From NCBI GenBank assembly GCA_965203355.1, contig OZ241889.1, positions 1,600,001-1,664,000 on the forward strand: a DNA stretch of 64,000 nt. The letters are read 5' to 3'. The notes under the pieces are model-generated. The model did not search any database, was not told where the DNA came from, and saw only the letters and a program-made list of their open reading frames with translations. This stretch comes from Candidatus Latescibacterota bacterium. GTDB lineage: Bacteria > Latescibacterota > UBA2968 > UBA8231. This document shows positions 56,925 through 64,000 of the stretch, in pieces (positions within the stretch are counted from its first letter, which is position 1; every line of letters begins with the position of its first letter). Position numbers and translations under genes: made by a program.

Positions 56925-57364
56925 GCGGGCGACTCCACCATTAAGGTGACCGGACCGTCGTTGTGGATTTCGACCTGCATGTACGCGCCGAAGATGCCGC
57001 GCTGGGGCGGCAAACCCTGTTCGGCGAGCAGGGCGAGAAAGCGCTCGTAGAGACGCTCGGCGACCGGGGGTGGAGCGGCTTGCACGAAGCTGGGGCGGCG
57101 GCCCTTGCGGCAGTCGCCGTACAAGGTAAACTGGGAGATGGCGAGTACGCCGCCGCCGATGTCGAGCACCGAGCGGTTCATCTTGCCTTGGTCGTCGGCA
57201 AAGATGCGCAGGTGGGCGCATTTTGTCGCGCAGAAGCGCAGGGATTGCTCGTCGTCGTCGGGACTGAAGCCGACGAGCAGGACTAGACCTGGGCCGATTT
57301 GACCGCGGAGTTGGCCGTCGATGTGGACGCTAGCGTGGCTGACGCGCTGGACTAGGGCTTTCAT
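56921..57364 (-). CDS. dtd: D-aminoacyl-tRNA deacylase
   Basis: MKALVQRV, SQFTLYG, NDGPVT. Confidence 0.96.
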   Translation of the reverse strand: MKALVQRVSHASVHIDGQLRGQIGPGLVLLVGFSPDDDEQSLRFCATKCAHLRIFADDQGKMNRSVLDIGGGVLAISQFTLYGDCRKGRRPSFVQAAPPPVAERLYERFLALLAEQGLPPQRGIFGAYMQVEIHNDGPVTLMVESPA

Positions 57365-57446
57365 GGGAGGTGATTATCGCGATTACCGGGATGCGAGTTT
57401 TCAAAACCCAAGTCTTCGAGGCTTGGGAATCGTCGCATGAATTTCA

Positions 57447-57474
57447 AATGTACCCCGCGCCGTACCCTTGTCAA
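57447..57474 (-). promoter_or_regulatory. Putative internal sigma70 promoter overlapping the lptD stop
   Basis: TTGACA (57474-57469), 16 bp, TACATT (57452-57447). Confidence 0.5.
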
Positions 57475-59858
57475 CTACCATAGGATTTTCGCTGGCCGCG
57501 CTCGAGTTTGAGTTGCGGAATGTCCTTCAACTGCACCTTAAAAAAGAACGCCCGATTTTTGTGAAAGGTGCTCGGTTCCACGTTGAGGGTTGCGGACCAG
57601 TCGTGGAATTCCTTTTGCACGGACAACAGCTCGGAAGTGATGCGCTCGGCCGCTACCAGCCGCGTCCCCGGAGCATGCAGGTTGTAGTTGAGCGAATAAT
57701 TGCAATGCCAGCGCGCCAAGCCAAAGCCGACTGCGGCCCGCATCCACGAGCGGATGGCGCTAGCGGCGGCAGGGGTGGTGCGGCGGTGCGAGATGTAATG
57801 GCTGAGTTGGAAGCGAGTGCCGCGTCGGCGGTTGTCGATGTCGCGTACGAGGCCGCTTTCAAAGCCGAAGGATTCCCGGCCGTAGGGCTTGGCGGTGCCT
57901 CGGCTGGACGAGTCAACATCATCAGACCGATCGGTTGCCATGGGCGACGCGGCCGCCCGCCGCGACCAGCTAACCGAGGTCCGCACTTCGAGTTGCTCGC
58001 GGCGCGGTGTCAGTAGGTGCCGGCGGTTTTGCTCGTCGTAGAATTCGTGGCGCAAGGTCAGCCGCGAGTTTAGGTGGCGTCCCGCCTCAACGCTTAGGGT
58101 CGTGCGCAGGTCGTCTAGCGGGCGCTCCTTTTTTTCAAAGTCATAGGTCGTAGAGAAATTGAGTTGGACTAGGCGCACTTTGTGCTCTTCCTCGCCGCGC
58201 AACATTTTGGCCCAGAAGGTGTTGCCGAGGCTCAAGTTCAGGGTCCGTCGGTGCTGGAGCGGGCTGCTGTCGCCGCCAAAGCCCAAGACGCCGCCGGTAT
58301 CGGCCCGAGCGGCTTGGTAGTTGAACGAGACGCTGGGCTTGAGCACGTGGCGCAGGGCTTGGAGTGGGCCGATGGATGGGTTGAAAAGCCCGTAGAAGGT
58401 CTGGCTCAGGGCTGCACGGGTGGAGAAGCGGTCGCTGCGCCGGCCGCGGATGGCGCCTTCGCGCAGATCTTGGTCGCTCCAGCCTTGGTTGAGCGCCGGA
58501 CTGAGATTGAGCCAAGAGAAGGGGCGGTACTGCGCACTGACGCGCCAGCTCACTTGAGCGCGGGTTTGGCGGGTCGTGTCCGTGCGGCTGCCGCGCTGGG
58601 TGTTGTGCAAGCTGGCGTTGCCGTCGTAGTAGATGCGGCTGTACCAGGGGCGGTTTTGGTGGCTTGGGTCGGCTTGGCCCCAAATCGGTTTGCGGCTCTT
58701 GCGCAGGCTGAGCTCGGGCAGGACCGTGGAGAATCGCTCGGTGTCGAGGTTTTTGGTCTGGCTCGCTTTCAGGCTCAAGCTGTTGCCCGAGCCGCGCCAA
58801 CGCCGCGTGTAGCTGAGATTGGAACGCAGGGTGCGGTTGAGGCGGTCTTGGAGGCTGGTACTGTTGTCTTGGGCAAAGCTGTTGTTGCTCTGAAAGGTGC
58901 CGTTGGCCCGCAAGCTGGCGTCGCGCCCTAGCGTTTGGCTGTGCCTGAATTCCAGTCGCCAGTTGCGCGAGGCCGTGCGGCCCTCTTGGCGGTTTTCAAA
59001 CTGGGTGCTCACCTGCCCGCTAAAGCGGTAGCGTGCAGCATAGTTGAGGCGGGCGCGCCCCAGCCAGCCCGAGCGCTGCCGTAGGTCGGCCGCGAGGGAT
59101 AGGTCCCAATAGTCGTTGGGCGCGAGGTAGTAGCCCAAGTTGCGCAATTCCCACTCGCTTTGCCGCGCCCCAAATCTAGGGGTGCGTTGCCCAAAACTCG
59201 GCGTCAACATCCCAGACTGACGATCTTCGCGCAGTGAGAATACGTAAAAGGGAATCCACAATAGCCGCCGCTCCTTGATGCGGAAATACACCGGGCGTGC
59301 CACGGCCATATCGCCGGCTAAGACCTTGATGCGCGGGCTGTAGAAATCGAAGTGCGGATGGTCGGCGTCGCAGGTGGTGTACGAGCCTTGGTGGACGTGG
59401 AACTCGGTGCTGCTGCGGGTCTGGATCAAGCGTCCGGCGTAAAATCCCTTGTCGCGGTGGATTTTGCCGGCGAGGATGGTTCCTTGTTCGGTCGCGAGGT
59501 CGTAGAGGATGCGCTCGCCGCGCAGCGTTTGGTTGCCTTGGCGCAACACCGGGCGACCGACGACCTGCCCAAGCGAATCAAGGGCTGCGCGCGCTTCGAC
59601 TTGGTCGCGGCTCCGGCGGAAGACGATCTCGGCGGCCTCTAGCTCCGCGCCTTTGTGCGAGACGCGGGCCTGCCCCTGCAACAGGAGCGAGTCGCCGATC
59701 TCGTAGTAGCGCATATAGGTGGCTTGGTAGGCAAAGCCTTGGTTTTTGTCTTGGCCCTTGGCTTGAGTCAACAAGGCGCGGACCGCTTGCAGTTGGCTCT
59801 CGGACGCCTCGCTGACACGCGAGGCCAAGGCCAGGCAGAGGACGAGCAGGCCGATCAC
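57471..59858 (-). CDS. lptD: LPS-assembly protein LptD (putative)
   Basis: GTG start overlapping the rlmB stop; OstA-like N-domain, YTTCD...PHF, QSGMLTPSFG, LGYY, LRHVLKP barrel. Confidence 0.82.
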   Translation of the reverse strand: MIGLLVLCLALASRVSEASESQLQAVRALLTQAKGQDKNQGFAYQATYMRYYEIGDSLLLQGQARVSHKGAELEAAEIVFRRSRDQVEARAALDSLGQVVGRPVLRQGNQTLRGERILYDLATEQGTILAGKIHRDKGFYAGRLIQTRSSTEFHVHQGSYTTCDADHPHFDFYSPRIKVLAGDMAVARPVYFRIKERRLLWIPFYVFSLREDRQSGMLTPSFGQRTPRFGARQSEWELRNLGYYLAPNDYWDLSLAADLRQRSGWLGRARLNYAARYRFSGQVSTQFENRQEGRTASRNWRLEFRHSQTLGRDASLRANGTFQSNNSFAQDNSTSLQDRLNRTLRSNLSYTRRWRGSGNSLSLKASQTKNLDTERFSTVLPELSLRKSRKPIWGQADPSHQNRPWYSRIYYDGNASLHNTQRGSRTDTTRQTRAQVSWRVSAQYRPFSWLNLSPALNQGWSDQDLREGAIRGRRSDRFSTRAALSQTFYGLFNPSIGPLQALRHVLKPSVSFNYQAARADTGGVLGFGGDSSPLQHRRTLNLSLGNTFWAKMLRGEEEHKVRLVQLNFSTTYDFEKKERPLDDLRTTLSVEAGRHLNSRLTLRHEFYDEQNRRHLLTPRREQLEVRTSVSWSRRAAASPMATDRSDDVDSSSRGTAKPYGRESFGFESGLVRDIDNRRRGTRFQLSHYISHRRTTPAAASAIRSWMRAAVGFGLARWHCNYSLNYNLHAPGTRLVAAERITSELLSVQKEFHDWSATLNVEPSTFHKNRAFFFKVQLKDIPQLKLERGQRKSYGS

Positions 59859-60598
59859 GGCTCGCGCTGGCGCAGCACTTCGTACAGGGCGATGCCAGCG
59901 GCCACCGCGGCGTTGAGCGAGCCGCTGGCTTCGCGCTGCATGGGGATGTGCAAGAGGGCGTCGCAGCGCTTTTGCACCATGCGCCGCAGCCCCTTGCCCT
60001 CGCTGCCGACGACCAGGGCGCAGGGCTGGGTAAAGTCTGCGGTCGTCAAGGGCTGTTCGCCGTGGGCATCGAGTCCGGCGATGAAGAGTCCACTGGCCGC
60101 GGCTTTTTGCAGGGCCTTTTGCAGGTTGTCCACTCGGCATACGGGTAGGTGCTGGGCCGCTCCGGCCGAGACCTTGAGCGCGGCTGGCGAGAGGCCGGCG
60201 GCTCCTCGGGCGGGCACGACTGCGCCTTGTGCGCCGAGGGCGTGGGCGCTGCGGATGATGGCACCGAGGTTGTGGGGATCCTGCACTTGGTCGAGAAAGA
60301 TGAGCAGAGCCGGGGCTGGAAGGTGAGCGAGTACGCGGTCGAAATCCGCGTATGTTGCGGCGGCCGCGTAGGCGACGACGCTTTGGTGGCTGGGGCCGGC
60401 GAGGCGGTCGAGTTGGGCCTTGTCGCGTAGATCGTAGGGGATGTGGGCCTGCCGCGCGTGTGCGAAAATCTCGTCGATGACCGGCCCGTGTGCGCCCTTG
60501 GCGATGAGCAGGCGGCGCAGAGGACGCTCGGCGCGGAGGGCTTCGAGTACGGGGTGGCGGCCCCGGATTAGGTCGTCGGGTGTTTGTTTATCGGGCAT
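59855..60598 (-). CDS. rlmB: 23S rRNA (guanosine-2251-2'-O)-methyltransferase
   Basis: GRHPVLEAL, QDPHNLGAIIRSA, GSEGKGL, SLNAAVA. Confidence 0.93.
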   Translation of the reverse strand: MPDKQTPDDLIRGRHPVLEALRAERPLRRLLIAKGAHGPVIDEIFAHARQAHIPYDLRDKAQLDRLAGPSHQSVVAYAAAATYADFDRVLAHLPAPALLIFLDQVQDPHNLGAIIRSAHALGAQGAVVPARGAAGLSPAALKVSAGAAQHLPVCRVDNLQKALQKAAASGLFIAGLDAHGEQPLTTADFTQPCALVVGSEGKGLRRMVQKRCDALLHIPMQREASGSLNAAVAAGIALYEVLRQREP

Positions 60599-60620
60599 GA
60601 AGGGATACTGAGAGCGCAGG

Positions 60621-63251
60621 TCAGGCCCATTCCTCGTTGTCCATTTGCTCTTTCCACTCATTCAGCTTGAGCAATGCCTGAAGCGGCGTAAGCTGGCTGA
60701 GGTCCAGGTGCCGCAGCTCCGCCACCCACGGCGCGTCCGCAGGGGCGGGGAAGAGATTGAGCTGGGATTGAGGGGCTGGTGGGGGCACGGCTGGGCGGTG
60801 GATGTCCTTGGTGTCGATCTGGTCTTTTTCGAGGCGGGCGAGGATTTCTTGGGCGCGGGCGACGACCGGGGCCGGCATCCCGGCCATCTGCGCGACGTTG
60901 ATGCCGTAGCTTTGGTCGGCAGACCCCGGGGCTAGGCGGTGGAGGAACACCACGCGGTCGCCTTCTTCGCGCACCTGCACGTTGAAGTTGACGACGCGCT
61001 CTAAGTGGCTTTCGAGTTCGGTCATCTCGTGATAGTGCGTGGCAAAAAGGGTGCGCGGGTGAATTTCGCGATGCTGATGCAAGTATTCGACAATGGCCCA
61101 GGCAATGCTCAGGCCGTCGAAGGTGCTCGTGCCGCGGCCCAGTTCGTCGATGAGGAGCAAGCTGCGACTGGTGGCGTTGTTGAGGATGTTGGCGGCCTCG
61201 TGCATCTCCACCATAAAGGTGCTCTCGCCACCGGCGAGGTTGTCGGACGCGCCCACGCGGGTAAAAATGCGATCGACGACGCCGATGGTAGCTTGGCGTG
61301 CGGGGACGAAGCTGCCCATCTGTGCCATGAGCGCAATGAGACCCACTTGGCGGATGATGGTGCTCTTGCCGGCCATGTTCGGGCCGGTGATGAGCATGAT
61401 CTGCGCCCCATGGGTATCGAGGCGCACATCGTTGGGAACGAAACGGCCCGTGCGGAGTTGGCGCTCGACGACCGGATGGCGGCCGTCGCGGATTGCGATT
61501 AGCTGGCCGTCGTCCACTTGGGGCCGGGTGTAGGACTCGCTCTCGGCGACTTCGGCGAGGGAATACAGCACGTCGATACGCGCGATGGCGCGGGCCACTT
61601 GCTGGACTTGGGGCGTCCAGCGGGCGGCGCGGTCGCGCAGGGCCAAGAAGAGTTCGTTCTCCAGCTCTTTGAGGCGGTCCTCGGCCCCGAGGACTTTTTC
61701 CTCGTACTCCTTTAGCTCGGGCGTGATGAATCGCTCGGCGTTGGTCAAGGTTTGTTTGCGATGGTACTCAGCCGGGGCTTTGTCGAGGTTGGCCTTGCTG
61801 ATCTCGATGTAGTAACCAAAAACTTGGTTGTAGCCAATTTTGAGCGAGGCAATGCCGGTGCGCTTGCGCTCGGTGGCCTGCAAGCGGGCGATGTAGTCCT
61901 TGCCGCCGCGGGCGATCCGCCGCAGTTGATCGATGTCCGGGTGATGGCCGTCGCGGATTAGGCCGCCTTCGGTCAGGGTCGCCGGGGGGGTGTCCACTAG
62001 GGCACCGCAGATCTCGGCGACTAACTCGCTGACGTCCGGTAGCCCCTTGGCGCGGAGCTCTTGCAGGAGTGCGCTCTGGGCCGAGGATAGCGCGGTGCCG
62101 ATGGCGGGCGCGATGTCGAGCGAGCGAGCGAGGGCCACCAGGTCGCGGGCGTTGGCGCGCAGGCAGCAAATCCGCGCGATCAGCCGCTCTAGGTCGCCGA
62201 CCTGCTCTAGGCATTGGCCGAGGGTGCGGCGGCTCGCGCGCTGGTGTAGCAACTCGTCAATGGCCGCTAGGCGGGCGTTGATTAGGGGCGGGGCCTTGAG
62301 CGGCTGAGCTACCCATTGGCGCAACAGACGTGCGCCCATCGGGGTGCGGGTGCGGTCGAGTATTTCGAGCAAGGTGTTGGCGCGCCCCCCGTCTTGGCGA
62401 TTGGCGATGAGTTCTAGGTTGCGCTGGGCTGTGGCGTCGATGAGGGCAAAGTGCTCGCGGTGCTTGCGCTGAAGGCGATTGATGTGCTCGACCGCGCCGC
62501 GCTGGTTTTCGCGCAAATAGGCCACCGTGGCCCCGCCAGCGCGGATGGCGGCCTTCATGTCCTCGCAGCCAAAGCCCTTCAACGTCTGGACGCGGAGCTG
62601 GCTGGTGAGGGTTTCGTACGCGGTATCGGCGGCAAAGTGCCAATCGGCAAGGCGGCTGAGCGCCACCTGTGGTAGGGCGTTTTGTAGGGTGGCGACCCAC
62701 TGGTTGTCGGCTCCTTCGGAGATGAGCAGTTCGGCTGGTCCTAAGCTCTCTAACTCGTCGGCGAGATCCGGGGTGGGGAGCTCGTCGAGCGCGAAGTCCC
62801 CGGTTGACAAATCGACGCTGGCGAGGCCGACGCAGTCGGCATGGGCGCAGAGGCCGACGAGGAAGTTGTTGCGCTGCTGGTCGAGCATGGCGTCGGCGAG
62901 CGCCGTGCCCGGGGAGACGACCTCTACTACGTCGCGCTTGACCACGCCCTTGGCCTTTTTGGGATCTTCGATTTGCTCGCAGATGGCGACTTTGCGTCCG
63001 AGCTGGATGAGTTTGGCGAGGTAGCCTTCCATGGCGTGATAGGGTACGCCAGCTAAGGGCACATCGCCGGCCGCCTTGCCGTGGTTGCGCGCCGTCAACG
63101 TAAGGCCCAGCAGGCGGGCGGCCTCCTTGGCGTCGTCGAAGAACATCTCGTAGAAGTCGCCCATGCGGAAGAAGAGAATCGCGTCCGGGTGCTGACGCTT
63201 AAAGTGCATGTACTGCTCCATCGCCGGCGTGAGTTTGGTTTTTGGGGACAT
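60621..63251 (-). CDS. mutS: DNA mismatch repair protein MutS
   Basis: FFRMGDFYEMF, TGPNMAGKS, STFMVEM, DELGRGTS, FATHYHE. Confidence 0.97.
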   Translation of the reverse strand: MSPKTKLTPAMEQYMHFKRQHPDAILFFRMGDFYEMFFDDAKEAARLLGLTLTARNHGKAAGDVPLAGVPYHAMEGYLAKLIQLGRKVAICEQIEDPKKAKGVVKRDVVEVVSPGTALADAMLDQQRNNFLVGLCAHADCVGLASVDLSTGDFALDELPTPDLADELESLGPAELLISEGADNQWVATLQNALPQVALSRLADWHFAADTAYETLTSQLRVQTLKGFGCEDMKAAIRAGGATVAYLRENQRGAVEHINRLQRKHREHFALIDATAQRNLELIANRQDGGRANTLLEILDRTRTPMGARLLRQWVAQPLKAPPLINARLAAIDELLHQRASRRTLGQCLEQVGDLERLIARICCLRANARDLVALARSLDIAPAIGTALSSAQSALLQELRAKGLPDVSELVAEICGALVDTPPATLTEGGLIRDGHHPDIDQLRRIARGGKDYIARLQATERKRTGIASLKIGYNQVFGYYIEISKANLDKAPAEYHRKQTLTNAERFITPELKEYEEKVLGAEDRLKELENELFLALRDRAARWTPQVQQVARAIARIDVLYSLAEVAESESYTRPQVDDGQLIAIRDGRHPVVERQLRTGRFVPNDVRLDTHGAQIMLITGPNMAGKSTIIRQVGLIALMAQMGSFVPARQATIGVVDRIFTRVGASDNLAGGESTFMVEMHEAANILNNATSRSLLLIDELGRGTSTFDGLSIAWAIVEYLHQHREIHPRTLFATHYHEMTELESHLERVVNFNVQVREEGDRVVFLHRLAPGSADQSYGINVAQMAGMPAPVVARAQEILARLEKDQIDTKDIHRPAVPPPAPQSQLNLFPAPADAPWVAELRHLDLSQLTPLQALLKLNEWKEQMDNEEWA

Positions 63252-63343
63252 GGTTTGAATGGATTGGCAGGTTAGGGTTGGCAACAATAAAAACGCGGTG
63301 GAACGATTGTTCGTCCCACCGCGCTTGATTGCTGTTGTGGAAC

Positions 63344-64000
63344 TTACGACTCGTCGTGCTCGTCGTCGTGCTCGTCGTCGTCGTCGTCGTGGGCCTCTCC
63401 CCAGCTTTCCATCTCGTCGTCCTTGTCGGCAGCGTCGTCGTCCTTGTCGGCAACCTCTTGGAGGGGATGCTCGGCTAAGTAGGCTTCGTACTCAGCTTGA
63501 TCCCGGTCCTTGAAGTACTCGCGCACGCTGAGGACGATTTTCTTCTGGTTCTTGTCGAGCTCGATGACCTCTAGCGGGAGTTCCTGCCCCTCGGCAAAAC
63601 TCTGGCGCGGGGTCTGCAACCCCTCGATGGCCAAATGCGACAGCGGTACGAACCCATCGACTTCGTCGCCGAGTGAGACGACCACGCCGCGCTCGAGCAG
63701 CCGTGAGATGGGCCCCCGCACCTCGACGCCTACGGCGTATTGCTCGGCAAAGAGAGGCCAGGGATTTTCAAAGGCATCCTTGTGGCTGAGCGAAATGCGA
63801 CGGCGCTTGATGTCGATTTCGGTGACGACCACCGGGATCACGTCGCCCTTTTTGAACATTTCGCTGGCTTGGCGAATGCGCTTGGTCCAAGACATATCCG
63901 AAATGTGGACCAGCCCGTCGATGTTTTCCTCGAGTTCGACGAAAGCGCCGAAGTTGGTCAGGCTGCATACCGTGCCTTCGATCTTGGTGCCAAGCGGATA
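63344..64000 (-). CDS. rpsA: 30S ribosomal protein S1, 3' part (5' end outside the window)
   Basis: S1 repeats: NFGAFVELEENIDGLVHISDMSWTKRI, RRISLSHK, VDGFVPLSHL. Confidence 0.93.
   Translation of the reverse strand, partial: YPLGTKIEGTVCSLTNFGAFVELEENIDGLVHISDMSWTKRIRQASEMFKKGDVIPVVVTEIDIKRRRISLSHKDAFENPWPLFAEQYAVGVEVRGPISRLLERGVVVSLGDEVDGFVPLSHLAIEGLQTPRQSFAEGQELPLEVIELDKNQKKIVLSVREYFKDRDQAEYEAYLAEHPLQEVADKDDDAADKDDEMESWGEAHDDDDDEHDDEHDES

Overview
GC-rich (roughly 60-65% by eye) bacterial chromosome segment with about 45 protein-coding genes. I found no rRNA, tRNA, CRISPR array or intact transposase. Gene content (PorZ-like propeller protein, DUF4159, LptD, a C-terminal TWGxLK motif, and spondin, FG-GAP, LamG and TPR proteins) points by inference to an FCB-superphylum diderm such as Ca. 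Latescibacterota, possibly sponge- or marine-associated. The right end is a housekeeping block: rpsA (partial)-mutS-rlmB-lptD-dtd-maf-rodZ-priA. Elsewhere are rlmN, larC, glgB, msrP, nupC, a split dppAB/dppC transporter, a DprE1/DprE2-like pair and an RND efflux operon. Most notable: (1) a low-GC inserted two-gene module, a ~250-aa unknown protein plus a frameshifted PIN nuclease, that looks like an uncharacterised TA or anti-phage system; (2) a lipoprotein with three spondin domains, an orphan Cache domain and expanding DGDGDM/DGDGDT 18-bp arrays; (3) two inverted copies of a ~145-bp MITE (TIRs and TTA target duplication) bracketing that gene; (4) a dispersed family of intergenic hairpins with heptamer (GTGGYCA)n arms; (5) a probable ~11-kb inversion separating dppC from dppAB; (6) a candidate leaderless uORF coupled to dtd. 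All family assignments come from recognised motifs, not database searches.
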